Source of the DNA: a virus
Taxonomy: Duplodnaviria > Caudoviricetes
Direction: 5' to 3' (one strand)
DNA length: 37,295 nt
IMG/VR virus record: IMGVR_UViG_3300022670_000360
Location: 1-37,295 of that record
The position numbers and the translations under genes were made by a program. This document shows, in pieces, positions 1 to 8,181 of this stretch. Each line of letters begins with the position of its first letter. The first letter of the stretch is position 1. The notes under the pieces are model-generated. The model saw only the letters and a list, made by a program, of their open reading frames with translations, searched no databases and was not told the DNA's origin.

Positions 1-128
1 AAATATTAGCAGAACAACAACAAGCCGGGGAAGAACGCGAGCGCCAGTTTGCCCGTGATAACCCGTTGGGCACTCAGCTTGTTGAGGCGTTTGTTGACCC
101 GCGCCTTGATATAGGGCTTGATACCCAG
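1..128. repeat. Terminal direct repeat, left copy (circular assembly overlap)
   Basis: 1-128 matches 37168-37295 except C71 vs T37238; a reading frame continues across the junction. Confidence 0.95.
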
Positions 129-1319
129 AATGAACGGGCACTCGCTACATTCATTGAAGACAATATCCAAAACCCGTTTGGCAGGGCAATTGTAGGCGGC
201 ATCGCCCGTGTTGGCGGTGAGTTGGGCGCGGGCCTTCTTGATATTGTTTCAACAGGGATTAGCGGTGCGGCAGGGGAAGTAGCAGCTAGTGCCCGCAGGG
301 AGGGGTTTATTACCAGCGACGCTGAATTTGAAGACGCGAAGACAGATTTGGACCTTTTTGGGAATATAGCACTTTTATTGTCTGGTTCACGCCCCGGCGC
401 TGTTACAACACGGCAATTAAGCGCCCGGGAGCTCCGGGGTAAAGTACCCCCTACGGCTCCTACCGGCTTATCTCTGAAGAGAAGAGGAGGTGCTATATTG
501 GAGCAAGCCGAGAAGTCCCCCATACGAGTGTCAGCTCCTCGCATCGATAATTTAATACAAAACGCCAAGTCTGCCATCCCTAGCGCATTAGAGGATAGCC
601 GGTCTGCGATTAATAATCATATAGCAAGACTTCGCCCTCTTTTCGACGCTGGCAAACCAATAACTATGGTCCAGATGTTAAAAGTAAGAAGGGATTTAAG
701 CAGAGCTTTAAATGCAAGCAAAGACCCAAATGTGCGATTTGACCTAATACCTTTACTGGGCGAGTTTGATTCTTTTGTGGTGCGGCCCAGTAATATAGTA
801 GGGCCCGCGCAAAGCACCGCTCGTTTTCTTGCGCAATTTGAAGCACGATTGGCGGAAGGTCGTACAATCTACGCACGCGCCATGAAGACAATGGATTTGG
901 AGGAAGCTATTGCTGCTGGATTATCAGGCACAACTCCTTCTCAGGTTGCTATACCCGCAAACTTCAAAACTTTGGTTGATATAGAAAACTCGTCAAGGAT
1001 ACGGGGATTCAGGCCCCGGTTCAGCGATGCCGAGACTGCTCTAATGGCAGATATAAGCGGAGGCGGGAACTGGTTTTCTCGGCTTATGAACACCATTGGT
1101 AAATTTGGTAAACTATCATTAGCCGCAGGGCAAGTATTTAACCCGAAAGTAGGGATTGGTATTGCTGGCCGCGTAGCATCCGGCAGCAGTGCCTTAGGGC
1201 AAGCTCAAACTGCAAGAAGTCTTGTAGCGTCAGGAATACCTTTAGCCGCTACAGTACAGCGAGCGCCGAGACAGGGTTTGATTGGTGCTTTGGTGGGCGC
1301 TCAAGGCATACCAAGATGA
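1..1319 (+). CDS. C-terminal part of putative internal virion/ejection protein (full gene 37011..37167 + 1..1319, 491 aa)
   Basis: In frame with ATG at 37011 across the overlap; Ala/Gly-rich helical; last gene of the structural operon. Confidence 0.7.
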   Translation, partial: ILAEQQQAGEERERQFARDNPLGTQLVEAFVDPRLDIGLDTQNERALATFIEDNIQNPFGRAIVGGIARVGGELGAGLLDIVSTGISGAAGEVAASARREGFITSDAEFEDAKTDLDLFGNIALLLSGSRPGAVTTRQLSARELRGKVPPTAPTGLSLKRRGGAILEQAEKSPIRVSAPRIDNLIQNAKSAIPSALEDSRSAINNHIARLRPLFDAGKPITMVQMLKVRRDLSRALNASKDPNVRFDLIPLLGEFDSFVVRPSNIVGPAQSTARFLAQFEARLAEGRTIYARAMKTMDLEEAIAAGLSGTTPSQVAIPANFKTLVDIENSSRIRGFRPRFSDAETALMADISGGGNWFSRLMNTIGKFGKLSLAAGQVFNPKVGIGIAGRVASGSSALGQAQTARSLVASGIPLAATVQRAPRQGLIGALVGAQGIPR

Positions 1320-1624
1320 CCATAAATGGCAAACCGGCAGGAGAGTGGGTTTTCCAGAATGCGTGGTTGATAGTGCGTCTTGTAGGGGTTTTAAGCGTTG
1401 TGATTTTTTTTGGCTATGACATGACGGTCAAGTTGAACAGTACCATCGAACGATTAGATAGGATAGAGTTAGCTGCGTTTGAGAGAGAAATAAGGAATTT
1501 GCACTTTAAAATGTGCGATGCCAGCGAAGAATCCCAAGAAGGATTTCAGCTTGCAATTGACGGGATTATGCGTCAAATCAATGAACTGGGCTTGGAAAGC
1601 AAGCTTAACTTAAACTGTATCTAG
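1316..1624 (+). CDS. Hypothetical membrane-anchored coiled-coil protein
   Basis: ATGA overlap with previous stop; N-terminal hydrophobic helix then charged helix. Confidence 0.65.
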   Translation: MTINGKPAGEWVFQNAWLIVRLVGVLSVVIFFGYDMTVKLNSTIERLDRIELAAFEREIRNLHFKMCDASEESQEGFQLAIDGIMRQINELGLESKLNLNCI

Positions 1625-1633
1625 GAGATTACT

Positions 1634-1732
1634 ATGCCTAAACCAGATAAAGACAAAAAAGACAAGAACCCGAAACCAGACCCCAAGGGTGGCACGTCAC
1701 CTCCGCCGCCACCTCCTCCAGACGATGATTAA
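1634..1732 (+). CDS. 32-aa Lys/Asp/Pro-rich micropeptide MPKPDKDKKDKNPKPDPKGGTSPPPPPPPDDD
   Basis: Not in ORF track; AGGAGA RBS upstream; TAATG coupling to next gene. Confidence 0.7.
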   Translation: MPKPDKDKKDKNPKPDPKGGTSPPPPPPPDDD

Positions 1733-2229
1733 TGGATTTTAGTCTCTATATGCTGCCAGTCTATGCTATCGGCGTGGTTTCCGCGCTGGTCGTTGCTATA
1801 CCTGAATGGCGCGTTACAGGCCTTATCGTCTTCTTTGCATCATTTCTGAATATATTCTTTTTAGATAGTATCATGGGAGCTGTTAATACCCATAATGGCG
1901 CATTTTTTATGTTCTATGATGGGATGTTTGCCGTGACTTTATTCCTCGCCAGCGGCGGCGAGCGGACACCATTGATTATGTCTGCAATTTTGGCACTCTT
2001 CGTGATTTTTCATGGGCTGTTGGAGATATCGGTGGTCTTAGGAGAATACTCGTTTTTCTGGAGAGAGTATGCTAATATTATACTTACGTTAAACTTGTTA
2101 CAACTTTCATTTTTAGTCTGGGGGCTTTCGTCCAGTGTTAGAAATTATTGGGTTGCTTACCATAGCATCAATCATAGTAGGCGCAGTCGTCTTCATAACG
2201 CGTGTGATAAAACTGATTTGGCGCAATGA
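1732..2229 (+). CDS. Multi-pass (4-5 TM) membrane protein
   Basis: Successive hydrophobic segments with embedded polar residues (YDG, FHG, Y..N..Q). Confidence 0.75.
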   Translation: MDFSLYMLPVYAIGVVSALVVAIPEWRVTGLIVFFASFLNIFFLDSIMGAVNTHNGAFFMFYDGMFAVTLFLASGGERTPLIMSAILALFVIFHGLLEISVVLGEYSFFWREYANIILTLNLLQLSFLVWGLSSSVRNYWVAYHSINHSRRSRLHNACDKTDLAQ

Positions 2230-2459
2230 TCATGAAGATTTTAAGCTCGATAGAAGCAATCAGCACAAAAAGCGCCTTGGCAGGGACAGCGATAGCAGGG
2301 ACGGGGGCCGTAGGGATTGAACAAGGATGGTTTACTGAGTGGGGCGCTATTGCCCTTGCTTTAATTGCGGTTGGTAATTTAGTTCTTGCGGCCATTGGTA
2401 AATATATTGATTGGCGTAGATTCAAACGAGAGGAAAAGAAAGATGGGCGGAACAAGTAA
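2226..2459 (+). CDS. Putative holin
   Basis: 1-2 TM segments, highly charged C-terminus, upstream of endolysin. Confidence 0.55.
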   Translation: MIMKILSSIEAISTKSALAGTAIAGTGAVGIEQGWFTEWGAIALALIAVGNLVLAAIGKYIDWRRFKREEKKDGRNK

Positions 2460-2535
2460 GCCCCCTCCAAGACCAAAGCGTAAACCGAAAACAACGCGCC
2501 GCACACCACGGAGGCCCCGTGGAAGCAAGCGATAA
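2443..2535 (+). CDS. 30-aa basic micropeptide MGGTSKPPPRPKRKPKTTRRTPRRPRGSKR
   Basis: Not in ORF track; GAGGA upstream; fills the gap between holin and endolysin. Confidence 0.5.
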   Translation: MGGTSKPPPRPKRKPKTTRRTPRRPRGSKR

Positions 2536-2983
2536 ACTTTCGCCTCACTTCACTCTCGGGGAGCTTACACGCAGTTCTACAGCGTTGAGGATGGGCATAG
2601 ACAATACCCCGGACGATAAAGAAATCAGTCGGTTAAAAACACTGTGCGCCAAAATCCTTGAACCGGTTAGGTTAAAATACGGTCCTTTCAGCCCAAGCTC
2701 CGGTTTCAGGTCAACGGAACTTAACAGACAGATAGGATCGCGCGATACCAGCCAGCATGTAAAAGGCGAAGCAGTTGACTTTGAGATTGTTGGTACACCT
2801 AACGCTGGACTGGCCGCGTGGATTGCTGGCAATCTGAAATTTGACCAATTGATTTTGGAGTTCTATACTCCTGATGAGCCGAATAGTGGTTGGATACATG
2901 TTAGTTTTGCTGAGAAAAACAGGCAACAGGTTTTAACGATTAACAAGGATGGGGTTTTCCCAGGTATCTTAGGAGACGATTAA
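2519..2983 (+). CDS. Endolysin, peptidase M15 family (Zn D-Ala-D-Ala carboxypeptidase-like)
   Basis: LSPHFTLGEL, SSGFRS, SQHVKGEAVD, FDQLILEF, WIHVS motifs; GGAGG RBS before GTG. Confidence 0.92.
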   Translation: MEASDKLSPHFTLGELTRSSTALRMGIDNTPDDKEISRLKTLCAKILEPVRLKYGPFSPSSGFRSTELNRQIGSRDTSQHVKGEAVDFEIVGTPNAGLAAWIAGNLKFDQLILEFYTPDEPNSGWIHVSFAEKNRQQVLTINKDGVFPGILGDD

Positions 2984-3066
2984 TGCCAGTACATACGCCA
3001 AAGGAACGGGCCAAGAGACGGCCAGCGAGACGCAGGAAGCCTGTCCCCAAAACCAAACGGAGATGA
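2983..3066 (+). CDS. 27-aa Arg/Lys-rich micropeptide MPVHTPKERAKRRPARRRKPVPKTKRR
   Basis: Not in ORF track; AGGAG RBS; TAATG coupling to endolysin stop. Confidence 0.6.
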   Translation: MPVHTPKERAKRRPARRRKPVPKTKRR

Positions 3067-3069
3067 TTA

Positions 3070-3264
3070 ATGGAAATTCTAAACATGCTTGGTCTTTCGA
3101 CTGAGACAGTTTCTATAATTATAGCGGCGATTTTGTTTTTCGAGAGAATTGCAAAGATTATCCCTGATGATGCAACTGGCATGGCTGGAATGACCCGCAA
3201 GCTTGCTAAGTTCCTGGGCGCATACACTTCCAACAGAAAAACCGACAAAGATAATGTAGGTTGA
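3070..3264 (+). CDS. Small membrane protein, second holin/antiholin candidate
   Basis: TM helix followed by IIPDD; lysis-cluster position. Confidence 0.5.
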   Translation: MEILNMLGLSTETVSIIIAAILFFERIAKIIPDDATGMAGMTRKLAKFLGAYTSNRKTDKDNVG

Positions 3265-3470
3265 TGGGGGGTATCCTCAAAGTTATCCAAGGGGCTTTTG
3301 CTTTCGTTAATGCATGGATGCGTAAAGGCCAGCAAGAAGCTGATATGAAAGCAGGGGCTAACGAACGAGAGATAACAGCCCACAACCGTCAGGATGAAGT
3401 TAGAAAAGACAAGGAAAAGGTTCGTGCTGAAAAGCGTGATGATACTTTTACTGGTAAGCGCCACCGTTAG
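3261..3470 (+). CDS. Putative i-spanin (Rz-like)
   Basis: Amphipathic N-terminus plus charged helix; overlaps a lipoprotein gene. Confidence 0.45.
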   Translation: MMGGILKVIQGAFAFVNAWMRKGQQEADMKAGANEREITAHNRQDEVRKDKEKVRAEKRDDTFTGKRHR

Positions 3471-3660
3471 CGCCTGCACGCCCTCTATCCGTATCAAGGT
3501 AGATAACACCTGTCCGGGGGGTTTCGTGCACGTATGGCTCTCTGAGGCCGCTGAGCAGGAGCTTCAATCCTACGATCTAACCATTGAAACCGCTGTCGAG
3601 CTAAATGCTGTAAAAGAAGATGTTTTAGACGGTAATGAACTTTACGAGCGCAACTGCTGA
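3439..3660 (+). CDS. Lipoprotein, putative o-spanin (Rz1-like)
   Basis: Signal MILLLVSATVSA-C with lipobox VSAC; overlaps preceding gene; start could be as far up as 3394. Confidence 0.6.
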   Translation: MILLLVSATVSACTPSIRIKVDNTCPGGFVHVWLSEAAEQELQSYDLTIETAVELNAVKEDVLDGNELYERNC

Positions 3661-3931
3661 TCCTGCTGGTCTGTTCGGGCTGCTTCTCTTTGATATGCGC
3701 CCCATAATTTATTTAATACCAAAACAGGAGAGGCTAAATGGTCGTAAGCAATAAAAAAATCTTGTTTAGGCTGTGATGCTGCAGCATATATTCTATATTC
3801 GAACATTTCAGGTTCGTTTTCTGACGGAAAATCTGCTTGAGTACAAACTTTAAGTCGCGAGCTCTTTAATTCCATACACAAAACTTCTCCGTCATGCGGG
3901 CCCCCACAAAATGAATATTTACTTTGCCCAT
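3642..3931 (-). CDS. Hypothetical protein with F-x-GGP-x-DG motif; probably frameshifted near 3901-3905
   Basis: Best start (ATG 3931, TGATG-coupled to ninB, AGGAG upstream) is out of frame with the GGPHDG body by one base at a G5 run. Confidence 0.5.
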
Positions 3932-4326
3932 CATCCTCTCCTTTGCATATCTTCAGGGTGAGGCAAGTGAATACCCAAATCAGTAGCACAAAACCTGCTT
4001 ATCGCATTCATAAAATCTCTCATCTCTCCCACCTTTAATTCCTTGATAGACAGACGCCGTTCTCTATCAACACCATCCAGGTCCGTATAGGCTTTCGCCA
4101 TAAGGAATTTGTCCTTGAATATTTTCGCCATATCATCTTTATCATAACCCAGTTCCGATCCTGCGTCTGACATCCAGCGCCAATAAAGATTACGTTGCCG
4201 CACACTCAACGAGTCTGAATGAAGGCTTATATCCACATCCCATTTCTTGTCAGGGTTAAGCTCACTCAGAAACTTGAGGGTATAAGCCAGTGTTTTACTA
4301 TCTGATATAGTGAGTTTATTCGCCAT
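3931..4326 (-). CDS. ninB: NinB/Orf-family recombination protein
   Basis: S-x-R-Q-x-N-LYW-x-W, ELGY, S-I-KEL-x-x-x-EM-x-DF, LGIHLPHP pattern. Confidence 0.75.
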   Translation of the reverse strand: MANKLTISDSKTLAYTLKFLSELNPDKKWDVDISLHSDSLSVRQRNLYWRWMSDAGSELGYDKDDMAKIFKDKFLMAKAYTDLDGVDRERRLSIKELKVGEMRDFMNAISRFCATDLGIHLPHPEDMQRRG

Positions 4327-4588
4327 GATACATCCAATAATTCCTTGTGGCCTCCCGATCCAGATTCACGTCATAAACCATCTCAAAAGCCTCTACCGAG
4401 CCAACAGCGTCATGGTACTGGGTGTGGTGGTCAGAACAGAGACAAGCCCCCCACCAGTGATTACGCGCAGGCAGTCCGGGAGGCATCTTGACGTGGTGAA
4501 ACACTCCCGGCGCTCCGCATACACAACAACCTCCGTCCATTACCGTGGAGTGGAAACGTCTTTGTAATGCTGTCGGACGTTGGCTCAT
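4316..4588 (-). CDS. HNH-like zinc nuclease (Ref/DUF968-like)
   Basis: GCCVCG...HH...CLCSDHH...H; start ATG 4588 TAATG-coupled. Confidence 0.7.
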   Translation of the reverse strand: MSQRPTALQRRFHSTVMDGGCCVCGAPGVFHHVKMPPGLPARNHWWGACLCSDHHTQYHDAVGSVEAFEMVYDVNLDREATRNYWMYHGE

Positions 4589-4854
4589 TAAGCATCCAGC
4601 ATCACATGAACATACCCATGACGCTGAGCACAAGGATTGTATGCAGGCATTCCAGCTAAAGCTTCATCACCTTCTTCACGAATAACCCACCCATTTTCTG
4701 TGCCACATGGGTTTTTGTCTTCAGCAAATTCAAGAATTGCTTCGTCGGGCCAGTCTCCGGGCACACAAACCTGCATATCAAAGCCACCAAACTTGGTAAC
4801 TTCTGCGCCGTCTTCCATTAATTTATCCCAATATTCTGATTTTACTTTACCCAT
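4588..4854 (-). CDS. Hypothetical protein
   Basis: GGAG RBS; QVCVP...NPCGT..GW...PC...H. Confidence 0.7.
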   Translation of the reverse strand: MGKVKSEYWDKLMEDGAEVTKFGGFDMQVCVPGDWPDEAILEFAEDKNPCGTENGWVIREEGDEALAGMPAYNPCAQRHGYVHVMLDA

Positions 4855-4957
4855 ATCAATTCTCCAATGTGTCCTAACCCCTCTCAGCGTTAAAAGGGAG
4901 AATGAGGCGCGGCAGAGGCTAGGACTTGGGGGTGTGTCGTTACGCCGCGCAGATTAG

Positions 4958-5203
4958 TTAGAAGTCTACTTTGTCATACATCATATTATGTCCTGGCGAA
5001 GTATCTTGCTGCTGTCCTTCTTCATCTTTCGGGGTAAACTTCATGCCAAGATATTTGCCTTTTGTCCCGTCATTGATCCAGCCACTTACCCAGTATTCCA
5101 CGCCGCCTATTAGGGCTGATCCTGTACGATCCGGGTGGCTGTCCTTGTCCTTCTTGTCGTTGACAAAAAGGCTTCCTGAGTTTGGTTTGTGTTCAAATGT
5201 CAT
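4958..5203 (-). CDS. Putative ssDNA-binding protein (DUF736-like OB fold)
   Basis: GSLF-x-N-x-K...HPD-x-TG...G-x-EYW-x-SGW...GKYL; acidic C-terminal tail ending in F; near SSAP. Confidence 0.7.
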   Translation of the reverse strand: MTFEHKPNSGSLFVNDKKDKDSHPDRTGSALIGGVEYWVSGWINDGTKGKYLGMKFTPKDEEGQQQDTSPGHNMMYDKVDF

Positions 5204-5444
5204 TGTTCATTCCAATCGTGTATCCCTGCTGGCCCGTGTTAATGAACCTATTGCCTTTAAAAACATTACCCAAAATTGATTTGGCGGTTTTGATCGCAGT
5301 TACAAGCTCGTCACTTTGGTGGCAGAGCGCAAGCCCGCGTTCGTCGTATAGATTGAGAGCCACAAAAGGAAACAGAGCGTCGCGCAAGGTTTGAATTTCC
5401 GCGTTTTTCTTTTTAACTAAGTCTTTCATTAAAGTGTCTGTCAT
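5193..5444 (-). CDS. Hypothetical protein
   Basis: Overlap-coupled within leftward operon. Confidence 0.6.
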   Translation of the reverse strand: MTDTLMKDLVKKKNAEIQTLRDALFPFVALNLYDERGLALCHQSDELVTAIKTAKSILGNVFKGNRFINTGQQGYTIGMNNDI

Positions 5445-6115
5445 TGTTCTTTCTCAAATTTTGCGTTGCTGATATTAATACGCTGCTGGTTTATCCTGTC
5501 CTCATAGCTCGGCACGTCACCACCACCGGCCATATATTCTGGTATCACGATTAGGAACCGTTCTATAAGTGGTTTAGAGGCTATCAGGAAGGCATCTAGC
5601 TGGTCTGTGTCCTCACATGCAGCGACTTCCTCAAAGAAGGTCTTGAAGGCTTTCTTGGCCTTTACAACACTTCCCTTGACGTTATCTGGCCGCTCCTCTT
5701 TAAATTCGTCTGCTTCCTGTTCTGAATAAACAAAACCGTGCAAGCCAATCAGTTTCAGAATAACCCTGTCCTTTGCCCGCTTTTCTGCCATGGCCCAAGG
5801 GTATGAGTTCTTGTTGTTCTTGGGTGCGGCCTCGCCTATTGACCATTCAGTTCTTTCCTCAACCATTTCCATTTCTAACTTTGCCGCACGGCCTACAATC
5901 TTCATCTCAACCTGTGCACTCCCAGTCACGCACACTGCTATATTGTCGGGCTCGGCGCTGCAAACAAACGGCTGGTCAAATATTATCCCTGCCTTTGTCG
6001 CAATCTGTTCAAGAACCTTGTGATATATAACTGCTGTGCCGTGGCAGTCCCACATGGCCGTTTCATCAAAGTCGTATTTCTCAAGGACTTCTTTTACGAA
6101 AGGTTCTATTTTCAT
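5441..6115 (-). CDS. Putative single-strand annealing recombinase (Rad52/Sak-like superfamily)
   Basis: WDCHG..HK..LE, SIGEA..KN..NSYP.AMAEKRAKDR.ILKL.G..YSE.EAD; context with SSB and ninB. Confidence 0.7.
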   Translation of the reverse strand: MKIEPFVKEVLEKYDFDETAMWDCHGTAVIYHKVLEQIATKAGIIFDQPFVCSAEPDNIAVCVTGSAQVEMKIVGRAAKLEMEMVEERTEWSIGEAAPKNNKNSYPWAMAEKRAKDRVILKLIGLHGFVYSEQEADEFKEERPDNVKGSVVKAKKAFKTFFEEVAACEDTDQLDAFLIASKPLIERFLIVIPEYMAGGGDVPSYEDRINQQRINISNAKFEKEQ

Positions 6116-6306
6116 TTCATTCCATCCAGTTTTTCTACAATATCAAGGCACATGCACTTGAGGGTTTCGATATAGGCTACGTCAACATCTGCCAATTTCA
6201 CGCCCTGCCGTCCGTATGAAGCGGCACGAACAGCTCGCTTTCCTTTGTTAAGATCATCATGCAGGACATCTAAATCTTGGAGAAATTCTTCATGTGCGCT
6301 CATCAC
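6112..6306 (-). CDS. Hypothetical protein
   Basis: Overlap-coupled, AAGGA RBS. Confidence 0.6.
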   Translation of the reverse strand: MMSAHEEFLQDLDVLHDDLNKGKRAVRAASYGRQGVKLADVDVAYIETLKCMCLDIVEKLDGMK

Positions 6307-6551
6307 ATTTCCTTACAGCCACGACTGGCGTTAGAATCGCCGCGTAGTTCTTTAAGATGTTTTGCTTCTTCTTTATCGTTTTCTTCTTCAAAGCGCCGTT
6401 CAATGCGTATCATGCAATCAGCAGCCAAATCATCAAACTCCCGCGCCAGATCAATAATCTCGTCATGCTCAAGCTTTACACCCACATCATTAAGTGTTTT
6501 GGTCATTGAGGCGAACATATCAGTGAGCTTTTCGGTTTCTGTGGTTTTCAT
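6303..6551 (-). CDS. Hypothetical acidic helical protein, first gene of leftward early operon
   Basis: AAGGGA RBS; downstream of sigma70-like promoter. Confidence 0.65.
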   Translation of the reverse strand: MKTTETEKLTDMFASMTKTLNDVGVKLEHDEIIDLAREFDDLAADCMIRIERRFEEENDKEEAKHLKELRGDSNASRGCKEM

Positions 6552-6575
6552 TTCATTCCCTTTCTGCTTTACATT

Positions 6576-6604
6576 ACTTTAGTTATGATTTACAGATAAT
6601 GCAA
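6576..6604 (-). promoter_or_regulatory. Sigma70-like leftward promoter
   Basis: TTGCAT-N17-TAAAGT on minus strand in a divergent intergenic region. Confidence 0.6.
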
Positions 6605-6628
6605 GACTTATTTTCAAAGGACGCAAAT

Positions 6629-6862
6629 ATGTCACCAGCAAAATACCTCGAGCAATCCCACTACAGAGACATGACTCATTTATCCATCGCTATGGATATC
6701 GTGGGTTTGGCCATATCATATCCAATGCTGCGCCGTAATATAATTGGCACGCATATGCCCTCTCAGGAGGCGTGGGAGGCGTGGGAGGATTTCACTCATT
6801 GCAAGGTCACGAAACATGATTTGGTTGACCAGCACTTTAAGTTTCTGGCAGAAAAAGAATGA
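6629..6862 (+). CDS. Cro-like HTH regulator
   Basis: Short, first gene of divergent rightward operon; G..MPS......ED.T..KVT..DL tail typical of Cro-like proteins. Confidence 0.6.
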   Translation: MSPAKYLEQSHYRDMTHLSIAMDIVGLAISYPMLRRNIIGTHMPSQEAWEAWEDFTHCKVTKHDLVDQHFKFLAEKE

Positions 6863-7155
6863 CCCGTCCAATTACAAACCGTAATTATCCAAGCGGGCTG
6901 CCGGTATTATATTTTGATGCGATAATTGGGTTAGCAGAAAGCGTGTCCAAAGCTATAGCCAACAAAATAACCCGTGAAGGAATTGTGCTGGGGTTCGAAA
7001 ACATGGAGCGGTTTATTGACTGTTCCTTTCTTTCGTTTTTCCCAGCCACTCGCAGAGGCGTAATGGAGGAAATATTTTTCATAAGTGTGAAAAACCGAAT
7101 ACATTATTGGCTGCCACGCTCGCGCACAAATGTTTGGAACGAGGATATTAATTAA
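6859..7155 (+). CDS. Hypothetical protein
   Basis: ATGA-coupled, fills the operon. Confidence 0.5.
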   Translation: MTRPITNRNYPSGLPVLYFDAIIGLAESVSKAIANKITREGIVLGFENMERFIDCSFLSFFPATRRGVMEEIFFISVKNRIHYWLPRSRTNVWNEDIN

Positions 7156-7494
7156 ATGAGCCGTCTGCTTGAAAACATAATCAATGCTGTCTCCAAGGAA
7201 ACCGGCATAACCCGTAAGGAGATAATGAACGGAGACAGCACTCGTAGGGTTACAAGCGCACGATACATGGTGGTTTATATTCTGCGTAAGCGTCATGGGT
7301 GGACATTCCCCGACATCGGGGAGGTATTGGGCAAGGAAGAATCAACCATGCGGTCCGCCTTTAACAGCATGTCTAGGCTTGTAAACAGAGGGAGGGTCCA
7401 AATCCCCGGAACCAACAAAAAAGAAATCAGGGCCCAAAAGATCGTGGACGAAATCAGCGAACATTTATTTGAAGCAATAGTGAGGGTAATATGA
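7156..7494 (+). CDS. Stand-alone DnaA domain-IV-like HTH protein
   Basis: II.AV....GI...EI....R.VT.AR...Y.LR...G.T.PDIG..LG.E.STM matches the DnaA C-terminal HTH pattern. Confidence 0.8.
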   Translation: MSRLLENIINAVSKETGITRKEIMNGDSTRRVTSARYMVVYILRKRHGWTFPDIGEVLGKEESTMRSAFNSMSRLVNRGRVQIPGTNKKEIRAQKIVDEISEHLFEAIVRVI

Positions 7495-7697
7495 AAACGA
7501 GGTGTGGAAAATGCGGGATGGGTTTTAGGATATGCAATCCCGAAACAGTTGACGGCAAAAAAGCTGAGAAATTTATTTGCGCCGTACCTGGATGTGAGCG
7601 TCCTTATTGGGAAGGCGAGAGAAAGCAGCCGTCTGTAATTGTCGGGATGACGCGTGAGGCTTACAAAGATTATTTGTCTATAACCCCCTACCCCTAA
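7491..7697 (+). CDS. Small zinc-finger protein
   Basis: CGKC...CAVPGC. Confidence 0.6.
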   Translation: MKTRCGKCGMGFRICNPETVDGKKAEKFICAVPGCERPYWEGERKQPSVIVGMTREAYKDYLSITPYP

Positions 7698-7705
7698 AGG
7701 AACGA

Positions 7706-7894
7706 ATGATGCGTAATAAATGGAGATTGAGTTACACGGTTTGGCCCGAAGTATGGCGTAGCGAAGGGACCTACAGGGATTATATGTATTGGTGGCAGGC
7801 GTGGACCGGCAAGACTTTTCGTATACTGGACAAATATTTTTATAATGGTGACACCGGCGATTACACCATAACCAACACCCCAGAGGAAGAATGA
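7706..7894 (+). CDS. Hypothetical Trp/Tyr-rich protein
   Basis: AAGGA RBS; coupled to next gene. Confidence 0.55.
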   Translation: MMRNKWRLSYTVWPEVWRSEGTYRDYMYWWQAWTGKTFRILDKYFYNGDTGDYTITNTPEEE

Positions 7895-8181
7895 TGGACT
7901 TAGTTTACATTAAATGGATTGACTCATTTGGCTGTAACGCTGGATGGACTACCATTGAGGATATAATGGATGAAGTCGAAATGAAAATCGAAAGTGTGGG
8001 CTGGGTTGCACAGGAAACCTCTAAATATATCTTACTAGTTCCTCACGTCCATGGGGCTGTGCAGTTAGGCAAAGATAGGCTTGCGAAAGAATCTGGGTGT
8101 GGTGATATGGCTATTCCTAAATCTGCTATCGTTGAACGAAGAATATTGACAATCCCGCTGATACAGCGTAAAAAGAAATAG
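7891..8181 (+). CDS. Conserved-type phage hypothetical protein
   Basis: LVYI.W.DS..GW...SVGW...IPK..I pattern. Confidence 0.7.
   Translation: MMDLVYIKWIDSFGCNAGWTTIEDIMDEVEMKIESVGWVAQETSKYILLVPHVHGAVQLGKDRLAKESGCGDMAIPKSAIVERRILTIPLIQRKKK

Noticed and set aside
1-128. Biological T7-type direct terminal repeat
   Set aside because: It falls inside a coding sequence far from terS; more consistent with an assembly overlap
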